A DNA stretch of 64,000 nt, from contig NW_021833641.1 of NCBI RefSeq assembly GCF_006345805.1, positions 1 through 64,000 on the forward strand, given 5' to 3'. The notes beneath the pieces are model-generated. The model was not told the origin of the DNA. It made no database searches and saw only the letters and a list, made by a program, of their open reading frames with translations. Below are positions 14,672-27,964 of the stretch, in pieces (position 1 is the first letter of the stretch; every line of letters begins with the position of its first letter). Position numbers and translations under genes: made by a program. The DNA is from Octopus sinensis. Taxonomy: Eukaryota.

Positions 14672-14700
<29 letters not shown>
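13728..14700. repeat. ~519-bp direct tandem duplication
   Basis: aagttcacaaaat at 13731 and 14250; copies differ mostly by single-base indels. Confidence 0.9.
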
Positions 14701-14702
<2 letters not shown>

Positions 14703-15000
14703 TAAACGAGAGAGTAAGAAGATTGAGACAGTTACTTATATACAGGTATTATATGCCTGTGTATAAGTGTGTATATATATTAATTTATTCATATATATAT
14801 ATACATATGTATGTGTACATATGAATATATATGTTTGTATATATTTATCTTTATTTCTATCCATCTATCCATATAAGGTGCGATTTAATTATATATACAG
14901 AGGTAGATTGTTACATAGAGATAGATATTTGTGTATGTCACTACTCATATGTATATACTTACATACATACACACACAGACATATATGCAATATATATATG

Positions 15001-15036
<36 letters not shown>

Positions 15037-15499
15037 TTAGAAATAGCTTTAAAAAAGTTTTTTAGCTGCTATTTCTAATGAGTTCAGTATGCGGCAAAGT
15101 AATTTATTTTACTAAGCCCTTTTATATAATGTAATAATTTGAATTCGCCTTGAATGGTCCCTTTGCATACTGAACACTTGGTGAAATTGATTAATAATTA
15201 ATTAATTTTGCCCTCAATTGTTGAAATTATATGTAGACTTATGTATGAATGTATATATATAAGCATATATATACATTTTTCTGCGTATGCATATATATGT
15301 ATGCACAAATGCGTACACACACATGCACACATATATATGTCTCTGTGTGTGTGTTATTACATATGTGTGTTTGTATGTATGTATGTAATGTATGTAGGTA
15401 TACGAATAAAATCAGATTTTTGAACAGTATGGTCTTATCAATAAGAACATCAAATAAATGCGTGTAGCATATAACTGACAAAGATTCTCTAGTATATAA

Positions 15500-15566
<67 letters not shown>

Positions 15567-16140
15567 AATATATATCCTGAACATCAGTTTCATGAATATT
15601 AATACTTCTCGTTCTTTATACACAATTAATAGTAAATTGCTTTGGATATGATTCTACGTAAAGTCGATAAAAATAATAACTGTTTTTGAGAACCTTGGAA
15701 ATTCTAGGTTTCATAAATACAGTGTAGTTTCTATTTAGATGCACCGATTTACGCACGCCTTTATAATGTTAGTTCATATACTTTGGACGTTACGACCTTG
15801 TTATGGATTTTATTTCATCGTTGAGGATTTTTTTCTTTTCTTATTTTTTCCCCCTTCTTATGTAAATGTAATTCTCGAAGATGAGTTTAGTCTTGAAATA
15901 CATTTTATAGTAAAAATTATAAGAAGCGTAACGCTCGAACAGATGTCATGACCCACTGGATGAAAGCAACGACAGCAGCAAAAATTACATCAGACTGCTT
16001 CAAAGGGAATGAGGATACTATCTAGTTTTCGCTCAAGGATAGCAATTTTGAGTAGAGAGTGCAAATGCATTACTTCAGTCTCAGTATTTGGCAAGTACTT
16101 TCGCTTCTTACACTCTAAATGACTAAAATAATTGTGGGCT

Positions 16141-16161
16141 TTAGTTGCATAAATAATAATG

Positions 16162-16206
<45 letters not shown>

Positions 16207-16265
16207 TATAATAATAATAATATAATAATAAAATAATAATAATAATAATAATAATAAAAATAATA

Positions 16266-16306
<41 letters not shown>

Positions 16307-16334
16307 TAATAATAATAATAATAATGATAATAGA

Positions 16335-16401
<67 letters not shown>

Positions 16402-16426
16402 TAATAATAATAATATTAATAATAAT
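16141..16426. repeat. (TAA)n microsatellite
   Basis: Visible array. Confidence 0.95.
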
Positions 16427-16765
16427 CCCTTGCGATCACAATATAGCGGCGAAAGAATTTGACAAGATTAGTAAATATAAAATATAAAGACCTGCTAATA
16501 GAAATTGAAAAAATGTGGCATCTCAAGGCGACTGAAGTACCAGTGATTGTAGGATCTCTAGGAATGATAAAAAGAAGTACTGAAACCTATTTGAAAATGA
16601 TTCCAGGCCTACTATCCCTACAGGAAGTGCAAAAAATCGTATTAACTGGAACGACTCATGTACTGAGAAAAGCATTATCGCTGTGAAAACAACATCCATC
16701 CATGAATGTATTGATTTATTTATTTTTGAATACATATTTTACCTATGAATTTGCGTGTGTAATCT
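16427..16765 (+). mobile_element. 3' end of R4/Dong-type non-LTR retrotransposon (restriction-like endonuclease C-terminus)
   Basis: PCDHNIAAKEFDKISKYK/DLLIEIEKMWHLKATEVPVIVGSLGMIKR...LQEVQKIVLTGTTHVLRKALSL* with one frameshift; flanked by TAA repeats. Confidence 0.85.
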
Positions 16766-16793
16766 ATAATAATAATCTATAATAATAATAATA

Positions 16794-17092
16794 ACTGTAG
16801 GTGCACTAAGTATGATAAAAAAAGAAAATCAGAAAAATCTAGATAACATCCCAGGAGAATCATGTCTCAGAGAAATTTTAAAGATTATTCTAACAAGTAC
16901 TGCTGATATCCTTAGAAAAACCCTAGCCATTTAATTATCTATGTTGTATTACATGAAGATATTTCGCTGCTGCTCTCGCCATTTCCGATTCCAACTAATT
17001 AATGATACACTAACAAATCTTATCCTTCCCTTTCCCTAGGACAAAGAGTGTACCTCGGCAAGTAACTGTAACAAACATGCATGTTAAAAGTA

Positions 17093-17095
<3 letters not shown>
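16794..17095 (+). mobile_element. Second, divergent R4/Dong-type 3' end
   Basis: TVGALSMIKKENQKNLDNIPGESCLREILKIILTSTADILRKTLAI* plus 3' UTR, followed by (TAA)n 17095-17150. Confidence 0.8.
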
Positions 17096-17127
<32 letters not shown>

Positions 17128-17199
17128 TGATAATAATAATAATGATAATAATATTATATCATAACTTTTTAACTGCATTCCTTCTTTTCTTATTAGCAG

Positions 17200-18056
17200 A
17201 AGGAATTAAGGGAAGATAATACATAAAACCTACTATGATTTAGAGTGGCAGAAGGAAATAATGGGGGTCAGGAAAGAGGAATGGTGATGTAGCTACATTC
17301 ATATTTATCCTTATCATATTCAAAAGACCTAATGCAGCAAGAAGTCTACATCCCCTTAGAATTAAAATCATTGGGAATTAACAGTTAAGTTCTTGTAGTT
17401 GGTGATAAATTAATTAATGTCAAATTCACTTCCCCACCCTTATTTCACTATGACCATAAAATCAGTCATACCTATATAAAAGAATATGTCTCAGAAGATG
17501 CTCGCAAGGTAATTATATATAGAGACGAGGTGATAACCAGAAAGAGGACGAGCAAGTGTGCCTTAGCATATTATGGTTATCAACTAAAAGCGGGCCTAAA
17601 TGGAAAACAAGGGAGCTGACATTGAGATCTAAGCGTTGGAATTAAAAATACGGGGAAAATCTGCATCTAAACTTAGCAAAATTTCTCTATTAAAATATTA
17701 TCATTTAAAAAGGATTTAAGGACCGAGGAAAAGAAGGATAGATAAAACAATCTAAGCCATAAGAGCATAGTAATTTTATATAAAAGAAACCTCATAATGC
17801 TTTTTTCTAGCATAATGTTCAGGTGGTCCTGATAGAAATATTCAACAATGAGTCTATAATAAAATTCAGATATCATCGGAGTAGGGGTATACATTTTCTA
17901 TTGAATCAAAACCATAGATTAAGGGCTAAAAAGTAAGTTATTTTTTTTCTATAACAAGTGCAGTTATTTAAAAACCTTGGAAAAATTCATATATAAAAAT
18001 ATTACCAACATTTTGGAAAAATCTGAAAGGACATAAGAAGGTATAAAATACCATAT

Positions 18057-18113
<57 letters not shown>

Positions 18114-18129
18114 CATACATACATATACG

Positions 18130-18166
<37 letters not shown>

Positions 18167-18990
18167 AAACTATATATATATATATGCATATATATATATA
18201 TTATATATATAAACGAAGTATATAGTGAAATTATAAAATATGAATATAAACAAATATAAATACCGTATTGTATTATATTATGTCATGATTATTATAGAGA
18301 GAAGTTACAGGCTTCTTCAAATTCTATAGAAATTACACCAGTTTTTTATGAGCGTATATAGATATACAAAATACAATAATATAATATAAGATAAAAGAAT
18401 ATCTATAAAATGAAATAAAATAGAATGGAAACAAGGAGAAATAATATTTGTATAAAATTTCAATAAAGGATGTATAAAATGCGAAAAAGAAAGAAGCGAA
18501 TATAAAAGATTTACATTGGGAATGCCATAAAATTTGTACCGGATATATAAAAGAGTGATAAAAGATGAAAAATAAGGATAAGTCATGGTATCCTAACAAA
18601 AGCTAATTAAGACATAATTAAAAAAGAAGTAAAGTAAAATAAAGATATGATTGGAAATGGTTTTAAAATATATTTGTAAGATATATTATGACAGGCACAA
18701 ATGTGTGTAGAATCATAACAATTCATAGAGGGTATATAATTAATGCAGGTGTAGGATATGGTAATACATTGTAAATATAGTTATATTGACTGATGGGGAA
18801 GGAAGTCTAAGAACCGAAGGGGAAATAGCGTAATCTATATATAGAGAATATAGGTTAAACAGGTAGGGATTATAAGAGGTCAATATTATATATATTTCTA
18901 TACAAGAGAGCGTGTGTTACGATACTTTTTGTCACCAAATCATAGCATGATATGTACAATATTATTTGTTTCTAAAATATTTGAAGGTAC
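17200..18990 (-). mobile_element. Heavily decayed PLE RT plus GIY-YIG region
   Basis: Minus strand remnants in PLE order: Q..GIP-like (YPVQILWHSQ / FYGIPN ~18520), FYRYSF (~18410), LYIIT..FYIGMT (~17500); many stops; (TA)n insertion 18060-18205. Confidence 0.4.
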
Positions 18991-19391
18991 GTGAGATCCT
19001 ATGCACACAAGATACCCTAAGATCTAATCTATTATTAATTAGGTTATTTTTATTTCTATACTTAAAACTTTCGTAAATATCTATACAACATACTTCGCAT
19101 CTATATCGGCTATCATTGTATGGCTGAGCTCCCCATATTATATTCCATTTAAGGCTAAATTTACTATTACTATCCTTAAGTTTTTACTAGATAATGATGT
19201 ACTATAAGCTTTAAGTGTAAGTCTAAACCATAAAAGATGGTTATTAAGGCGCTTCTTCATATTAATCGAGTACCCGATGTAAGTAAAGTTACTACTTTCA
19301 TTCATCACTGTACATTTGTAAACAACATTTTGAGCTAAACAACGACCTAATAACGGGCATTGGGATCCTACCCTACAATTGCAGCTGGGGA

Positions 19392-19428
<37 letters not shown>

Positions 19429-19488
19429 TTGTTTTTTCCTTCTTTCTTCAAATTTTCCTCCATTTCTCGCCAAGTGTTTTCCGTACAC
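18990..19488 (-). mobile_element. PLE GIY-YIG endonuclease fragment (pseudogenised)
   Basis: SCNCRVGSQCPLLGRCLAQNVVYKCTV...FTYIGYSINMKKRLNNH...WGAQPYNDSRYRCEVC; (AAT)n inside the ORF. Confidence 0.85.
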
Positions 19489-19564
19489 CTAGGGCAGAGA
19501 AGCTCATTGTATTCATTTCCGGATTACACACGTAAATTCACAGGTAAAATATGTATTTAAAAAA

Positions 19565-19797
19565 TTATTAAATAAAAAAATTCATGAATGGACGTTGTTT
19601 TCACAGCGATAATGCTCTTCTCAGTACATGGGTCGTTCCAGCTAACACGATTTTTTGCACTTCCTGTAGGGATGTTAAACCTGGTATCATTTTCAAATAG
19701 CTTTCAGTACCTTTTTATATCATTCATAGAGATCCTACAATCACTGGTACTGTAGTTGCCTTGAGATGCCACATTTTTTTCAATTTCTATTAGGAAT
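19565..19797 (-). mobile_element. Another copy of the R4/Dong-type 3' end seen at 16495-16730
   Basis: Reverse complement aligns with 16495-16730. Confidence 0.85.
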
Positions 19798-19857
19798 GAA
19801 CCCGGTACCATGAGGTTGGCAAGCAAGCTACTTACCGCACAGCCCTCCTGCGCCTAT
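19798..19857 (-). mobile_element. SINE family 1 head fragment
   Basis: aagctacttaccgcacagccctcctgcgccta. Confidence 0.75.
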
Positions 19858-19861
19858 TAGG

Positions 19862-20724
19862 GAAGAATTCTACAAGTAATTTACGACAGCAGTTCTTGGT
19901 CGTTGCCTGTTGGTATCGGTGTGATTTTCAGTCCTTTTGACAGAAGTTGGATTTCCTCATCGTTAAGATCTCTTTTGGATAAATTAATTATTTTCGGATC
20001 TATACGTTCAGTTCTTTTGGGTATGCTTCCTCTTGGATTTTTCTGCCTCCGGTGTATGTTGTCTGATGTTAAGAAATGTATTTTTTCTGTTTTTGATTTA
20101 TGTTCCTGTTGATGTTTGCTTGATGAACTTGGCGACTTGGTTATGGTATTTTACTTGGTTTCGTTATATTTTCCGTCCTGGTTTTTGTGTTATGCCTATT
20201 ATTTTTCAAGTTTTTGTTTTCAACAACCTGGGGAAATAATCTAGGGTCACTTTTTGATCTAGATCGGTTTTCACCTTGTTTTTTTTGTAGGTAATCTCTG
20301 TTGAGATCTTGAAAATGATCTGTTATTTCTATTCCTAATGGTCTGATCAAATGAATATTTATCATGTTTCTGCTCTTTGTTCATATTGTGTGCTTTAGGG
20401 TGCTGGCGTACAAAAAGGGAAGAATTCTTACCGTAGTTTATCTTCTATTCATGGTGAAACGAGCGTTGATATTCCTACGTGTTCTAGCGTATGTTACATT
20501 GGTGAGATTGTCCAATTTTAATGCTATTTTTCAGGGTTCTAGAATCTTTACCGAAACTTGTAGCATATTTGTCGAGAGATAATTGTTCCAGCAGCCATAA
20601 CATTCTTGATCTAGTTTCTTCTTTGAGATATCTCCGATCCTCACTTCTCATATGATTTCTGCTATATTGCCAGTCGTTAGTTTTGATATTTCGTATCAAA
20701 TTTGACAATAGATAGCTTGGTATA

Positions 20725-20725
<1 letters not shown>
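19862..20725 (-). mobile_element. PLE ORF N-terminal region (frameshifted)
   Basis: Minus strand RIDPKIINLSKRDLNDEEIQLLSKGLKITPIPTG at ~19900-20010, the INLS...LL.KGL..P motif upstream of PLE RTs; further pieces 20141-20365 and 20484-20708. Confidence 0.8.
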
Positions 20726-21305
<580 letters not shown>

Positions 21306-21953
21306 ATAGATAAAGAGAACGAGAGATTGAGAGAGTGATAACGAGAGAGGCACACACACATGCACGCACCCATATACATATATACGTGCATATATACAAA
21401 CGCTTATGTATTAATATGGCCTCTCTTTATACGCTATAGTTAAGGATATTTACATTATTCTCAATTAAAAGCTTCCGAAATGGACGCCACTCGGAAGTGT
21501 AGACATGTGTATATGCGTGCTTGCATGTATATGTGTATGTGTGTGTGCGTATCCATATATATACTTACATATACCCGCATATATATATACATATAGATAC
21601 ATACGTATATATTCATATAATATTTTGACGATGTCTGCTTCATCCTGTCAGCTGTTAGTCTTCTCATTGATATAACTATCTAAGCATTGATTCAACTATC
21701 TTTGAATTATCGTGGCCAATCTCTTGCGCGACACTTATATCATTTACCAAATGTTAATGGTTAAATGTCTGCTGATATATACTTCAATCCCGAGAAGACT
21801 GGAAACTGCTTGAATCGCAGATTTATATTAGCGTACCTTCCAGTAGGTTCTAATATGTTATGAAGTCTACAGTTACACTAAGTGGTTAATAATCTTCTGA
21901 CTTTAAAAGATTGATTGTACAGGCTTTGTGTCTCTAGGTTTATGTACAACTAA

Positions 21954-22000
<47 letters not shown>

Positions 22001-22007
22001 AATAATC

Positions 22008-22250
22008 TTTTATTCATTTACTTGTTTCAGTCCTTTAAATGCAGCCATGCTGGAGCACCGACCTAAAGGGTGCTTTTTAGTCGGAGACATCGATCCAAGG
22101 ACTCGTGCTACCGAGTTCTTTTCCCGAACCGTTAAGTTACTTGGGACGTAAGCACACCAGCATCGGTTGTCAGGCGACGATGGTCGGGACAGCACAAAGT
22201 CATTTACAAAATTAGATACACACACACACACGTATGTATATATGTATGCA

Positions 22251-22297
<47 letters not shown>

Positions 22298-22395
22298 GGC
22301 GGGCTTCTATCTCCGAATTTCACTCACAAGGATTTGGTTGGACCGAGGCTATATCAGAAAACTGAACCAGACACAATATGGTTGGGAAGCAAGCG
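22008..22395 (-). mobile_element. Decayed SINE family 1
   Basis: tacttgtttcagtc...gcagccatgctggagcaccg tail plus cactcacaaggatttggt body. Confidence 0.75.
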
Positions 22396-22454
22396 TCTTT
22401 TTTTTTCTACTCTAGTCACAAGGCTCGAAATTTTGGGGTAGGGCGATAGTCGAA

Positions 22455-22612
22455 TAGTCGATTACATGGATCCCAGTACGCAACTGGCACTTAATTTATC
22501 GACCCCGAAAAGATGAAACGCAAAGTCGATCTCGGCGGAAATTGAACTCAGAACGAAAAGACATATGAAATACCTATTTCTTTATTGCCCACAAGGGGCT
22601 AACATAGAAGGT
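22455..22612 (-). mobile_element. Nin/Deu-type SINE fragments joined head-to-tail
   Basis: actggcacttaatttatcgaccccg...gaaatacc|tatttctttattgcccacaagggg. Confidence 0.8.
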
Positions 22613-23067
22613 ACGTTCACAATATTGGGGGACTAAAATTATAATAAGGAGGCATAAAGAAAGAAGCAAAATTAAAAGAAACGAATGAATCATGAAAAAG
22701 ATGATATAACGAGGCAGAGTGCCCAGTCGAGCCCCGAAGTCGTTGGTTACATCGAAACCATGTTGCCGTTCAATCATACTTATCTTAAATCCAGCAGTTC
22801 AATACCGTGTTCATTTTTTAGTTCGGTATAACAGGTCTGTTTTGGCAATTGCTCTCTTTCCCCGATCACCCTCCACAACTCAATACTCTTATACTTTTTT
22901 ACTATTTCCATTTGTGCCTTATTTAACAATTGGCATATCATAGGACCACCATCTACACCCCAGAATTCCACTTCAACCACATCTTTCCACTCGCTCACCC
23001 GGTTTACAACATCATCCTCCGCGTCCGCATAAACCTGGATATGTATGTATGTGAGAATTTATATATG

Positions 23068-23101
<34 letters not shown>

Positions 23102-23218
23102 AATATATATATATATATATTTATGTATTTATGTATGTATGTATGTAGTATGTATGTATGTATGTATGCATGTATGTATGTATGTATATATGTATGTATG
23201 TATGAATGTATGTATGTA

Positions 23219-23250
<32 letters not shown>

Positions 23251-24155
23251 ATCTATAATATATATATATATATATATACATACATATATACATATATACA
23301 TCCATGCGTGCGTGGGTACACTATATACGACGAATTCTAACACAGTTTCGATTTAACTTATTCACACACAGTTTATCAGTTCATGTTTTTGATATAGTAT
23401 AAGACAGATGCCGCATGTGCCACGAATTGAGAATGATTACCCGTATCATGTATGGAAGAAACGGCTTACTTAAATACACGCTCTACACTGCCCCTGCTTA
23501 CCCCTCCGTTCAAAATTCTTTCTTTTATTATGATATATTACACTAATTCGACAATCTACGAATATATAGGAAAACACATAAAGTGAATGAATCCAATTCT
23601 GCTAAATAAATACGATGTACGATAAATTTATATTTCATTACATTCAATTGTGCGTAATTAAAATACGGTAAATACATCACCTGTAATTTCATCGCTTGGT
23701 AATTTAATGCCGTGGCGTTTAATTGAATGCCAAGCAAATAACAACTTTGGTAACTTCTTCTCCGTGCCAAATATATTGTCGGTAAAAATCAACGCTACTC
23801 TTTTTGGCTGCAGAATATATACATCGCTAAACATCACTTAAACTTTTTGATCTCTGGAGGAACTGCGACGTTAAATATCATATAGATTCGTTATATATAC
23901 ATTAGATACATCACTAAGCCTCATTAAAAAATTTTATTTTCAGATTAACTACATTGCTAAAGATAATTTTATTCGCTGAGTGAACGTAGAGTCAACGAAC
24001 GGTTCGCCATTCATCCGGCCAGAGTATGTCCTCCTCTGAATATTATTTAAGCCGTTTATCTGCAAACTCAACGCATTGCTAATCATCTAATAATCTTATT
24101 CTTAAAGTGTGGTATATATATATTATATATATATTATATATATATATATATCTAT

Positions 24156-24194
<39 letters not shown>

Positions 24195-24395
24195 AAGTAG
24201 ATAAATGAATTATCTTATTACGGATTATTCAAATGATAACCGATACCTGGGTAGCAAAACCACAACAGAAAGATCACGGTTGAGGTTACGACCATGGGGT
24301 CTCAACCCGTGCCTTAGTGCGGAAATTTGAAATTTTATATATTAGTTTAGGAAGAAATGGAGCTGAACGAAGATTTAACAAAATTCCTTTTTATT

Positions 24396-24477
24396 ATTTT
24401 CTACATATGTTTCAAAAGCTGCAAAAACCTAATTCGGATTGAAATAGTCCATTTTGCAGCCTTCTCTTCAGGAAAAT
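24396..24477 (-). ncRNA. Type I hammerhead ribozyme motif, family D, left arm
   Basis: Minus strand attttc CTGAAGA gaaggctgcaaaa...ttttgcagctttt GAA ACATATGT A gaaaat; 6-bp stem I, 13-bp stem II, palindromic stem III. Confidence 0.8.
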
Positions 24478-24608
24478 CCAGGAACTTAATTCTCCCACAA
24501 ATCACAGCAAGCTTTCGACAAACGCTCACGAGGAGCCCATGGGATGGCTCCTCGTGAGCGTTTGTCGAAAAGCTTGCTGTGCATTTTGTGGGAGAATTAA
24601 GTTCCTGG

Positions 24609-24694
24609 ATTTTCCTGAAGAGAAGGCTGCAAAATGGACTCCTTATTCAATCCGAATTAGGGTTTTTGCAGCTTTTGAAACATATGTAGAAAAT
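24609..24694 (+). ncRNA. Type I hammerhead ribozyme motif, family D, right arm
   Basis: attttc(24609-14) CTGAAGA(24615-21) stem II GAAA(24677-80) catatgt, predicted cut after A24688, gaaaat(24689-94). Confidence 0.8.
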
Positions 24695-24929
24695 AATAAA
24701 AAGGAATTTTGTTAAATCTTCGTTCAGCTCCATTTCTTCCTACACTAAATATATATATATATATATATATATCAAATGTGAGGATAAAATTCTTTTCGAA
24801 ACAAAAATATATTTTCTCTATATATAGTTAATTTTAATTTAAGATTATATATATATTATATGCCTTACTGAATATAACTTAGACATTTTATCTGCAGTGT
24901 AAATACAATTTTGAATATAATTTAAACGT

Positions 24930-25335
24930 AGGCATAGGAAAGGCTGTGTGGTAAGTAGCTTGCTTACTAACCAATGGGTTCCGGGTTTAGTCCCACTGCG
25001 TGGCATCTTGGTTAAGTGTTTTCTACTATAGCCTCGGGTCGACCAACGTCTTGTGAGTGGATTTGGTAGACGGGAACTGAAAGAAGCCCGTCGTATATAA
25101 GTATATATATATATGTATATGTATGTGTGTATGTATATGTTTCTGTGTCTGTGTTTGTGTCCCCAACATCGCTTGACAACCGATGGTGGTGTGTCTACGC
25201 CCCCGTAACTTAGCGATTCGGCAAAAGACACCGATAGAATAAGTACTAGGCTTAGAAAGAATAAGTCCTCGACTAAATGTGGTGCTCCAGCATGGCCACA
25301 GTCAAATGACCGAAACAAGTAAAAGAGTAAAGAGA
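24930..25335 (+). mobile_element. Full-length SINE family 1
   Basis: Head, body and gaaacaagtaaaagagtaaaga tail. Confidence 0.9.
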
Positions 25336-25337
25336 GT

Positions 25338-25564
25338 AGGCGTAGGAGTGGCCGTGTGGTTAGTAGCTTGCTTACGAACTACATGGCCGACCAAAGCCTT
25401 GTGAGTGGATTTGGTACACGGACACTGACGGATTTGTTAGACGGCTTTGGTCGGCCCGAGGCTATAGTAGAAGACACTTGCCCAAGGTGCCATGCAGTAG
25501 GAATGAACCCGGAACCATGTGGTTGGTAAGCAAGCTACTTACCACACAGCCACTCCTGCGCCTA
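25338..25564. mobile_element. Inverted pair of SINE family 1 5' fragments
   Basis: taggcgtaggagtggccgtgtgg at 25338 (+) and ccacacagccactcctgcgccta ending 25564 (-). Confidence 0.8.
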
Positions 25565-26602
25565 TGGTCATTATTACTTGTAAGGGTCCGTTGTATCTAT
25601 TTGTCCTTTCATCGAGCTGTTTATTTTCCCGTAGCCTGGGGAGACTTTTACGTTGGTTTATATTTATCGACTGTTTGATGTTTAGTTCTTCTGCTTTTGT
25701 TATTTCTTCCGTCGATTCATCTCCGTCCTCGGGTACATCTGCTCTGTTATGGCGCCTATCTTATTATCTCATTCTTATCTACATGTTAGTACATCACTTA
25801 ACATAATTTGATGGTTTACTGGCAAATCGAGCCCAGGACTTATTCTTTGTAAGCGTAGTACTTTTTGTATCGGGTGTCTTTGCCGAAGCGCTAAGTTACG
25901 GGGAAGTAAACACACCACCATCGCTTTTTATTCGCCGGGTAAATGCATCGATAAATAACAGAAACTTTTTCTGCTGAGTAAATATATCGTTACACATTGA
26001 AACTTTTTTACTAACGGAATTTATATGATATTAAGCATATTTGAAGCTTTTTATCTTTAGAATAATTACATTTATAAACTTCAGTTAACCTTTTCACCTA
26101 CAGAGTGTATACGTCGCGGTAAGTTGTTAAACTTTTATGTAGAGATTAAAGAACATATCGAACTTAATTCAAGTCCTTTGTTCTCTGAGTGTGTAGATCG
26201 ATAAACATCATTGAAGTTTTCTGATTAACAGAGTAAACACATTGATAGATATCATTACATAATCATTTGATTTGAAAATGGAGTACATCACAAAATATTA
26301 TGTCATCTTTTGAAACCCAATAAAAATACATCGCTAACCATCATTTAAGCTTCATTTTTTTTATGTACATATTAAATACATTGCAATAGCTATTATAAAA
26401 GGCACTTTTATCTGCAGGGTAAATACATCGCTAAGCATTATTTAATTTTTTTTTTACCTGCAGTGTCAATGCATTAATAATTGCGTGCAACTTGCGAGAA
26501 ATGTGTTTGATATGTAAAATATGAATATCTAAACTTGCTACATCGCTACATTTGATGATTATTTCGGTGGATGCAAGGCTAAAGTGGAAACAATAATCTC
26601 TG

Positions 26603-26669
26603 ATATATATAGGGAGAGTTTACGAAAAAAACAAAAGACGAAGACAGGTGGTGTACACAAATATAGATG

Positions 26670-26711
<42 letters not shown>

Positions 26712-27505
26712 GTGTGTTTTGTGTGTGTGTGTGTGGTTTGTGTGTGTGTATGTGTGTGTGTACGTATATATAGTGAGAATTTATAAAAAGAAGCAAAAGA
26801 AGAAGATGGATCTGTAGACAACAAACAGATGTATTGGTTTAACATTCTGGAAGTGAGAAAGTCTTTTATGTCTCGAGCCTACGCCCTTCGACTGAAAGGA
26901 ACACAGAAATGAAAATAGAAAAGGTTTTTAGGCTAGCAATGTATCATAGCGAATGCCGGACAGAGAGGCCATACAGGAGAGGTAGGAAGAAGGGGAAATA
27001 ATAAAGTAGTGGTGATCCCAAAACGAAGGTGCGCGTGCGTGAGTATGTGAGAGCATTGTGTACGTGTGGAAGGGCGCTGATGACCTTAACGTGCGCTAGT
27101 GTGCATGTGTTGGTGTGTGGATGATGGTGGAGGTGCTGTGAAGTGGTAAGTTCTAGTATGTGCGCTGGTGTGGGTGCTGGGATGTGGTCAGAGCTAGTGT
27201 GTGCGTGGTAGTGTGATGTGGTGTGGTATGGTGGTGCGTGGTGTGGTTGGGGCGTGGGGAAGGCGAGAGTGGGGAACGCCAGGGTGGCGTCTAAGGGATG
27301 GGATGTATAGTGATGGTGGGGTTAGAATGTGTAGGGTGGGGTAACAAGGGGATGAAAATGAAGAGAAAGGGTGGTAGGGAGTAGGTGTGTAGGAGTGAAG
27401 AGAGGAAATAGGTACCAGAGCAAGGGAGAAGAGGTGGGTGGGAGGACGTAGGTGTGAGGGTAAGACTGGAGCGAGGACGATGGTTAGATGAAGAGGGGAG
27501 GATAT
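26603..27505 (-). mobile_element. PLE-like 3' region, family B, with decayed HHR at 26862-26899
   Basis: Reverse complement ccttt CAGTCGA agggc-gtag-gctc GAGA cat a aaaga and downstream tail match 47270-47490. Confidence 0.6.
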
Positions 27506-27522
27506 ATAATATATATATATAT

Positions 27523-27553
<31 letters not shown>

Positions 27554-27605
27554 TCTGATACAGATATGAATGTACGTGTGTATGTATGTATGTATGTATG
27601 TATGT

Positions 27606-27637
<32 letters not shown>

Positions 27638-27651
27638 ATATACACACACGT

Positions 27652-27964
27652 GTGGAGGCGCAATGGCCTAGTGGTTAGGGCAGCGGACTCGTGGTCGTAG
27701 GATCGCGGTTTCGATTTCCAGACCGGGTGTTGTGGGTGTTTATTGAGCGAAAACACCTAAAGCTTCACAAGGCTCTGACAGGGAGTCGTGGTGATCACTG
27801 ATGTACTCTTTCGCCACAACTTTCTCTCACTCTTGCTTCTGTTGGCCTGCTCGCTTAGCCAGCGGGGTGGCGTCATTTGAATGCTAAAACAAGGGGAAGC
27901 GCATTGTGACCAGCGATGTGTAATAACATCTGATAGCCTGGTCGGTCACGGTGATCACGGTGAT
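27652..27964 (+). mobile_element. Full-length tRNA-derived SINE family 2
   Basis: gtggaggcgcaatggcctagtggttagggcagcgg (A box), ggtttcgattt (B-box-like), short tandem tail cacggtgatcacggtgat. Confidence 0.85.

Larger units (their letters stand above)
24337..24754. repeat. ~418-bp near-perfect palindrome, arms ~205 bp, centre ggg 24541-24543
   Basis: Right arm is the reverse complement of the left apart from a few small indels. Confidence 0.95.

Noticed and set aside
22574-22777. ORF containing RQHGF, resembling a LINE RT motif
   Set aside because: No neighbouring RT motifs in any frame, and the ORF runs into a SINE.
27652-27730. tRNA-like sequences, also at 3550-3626, 9480-9554 and the family 1 heads
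   Set aside because: They continue into SINE bodies, recur as dispersed diverged copies and lack a complete acceptor stem, so they are SINE heads.
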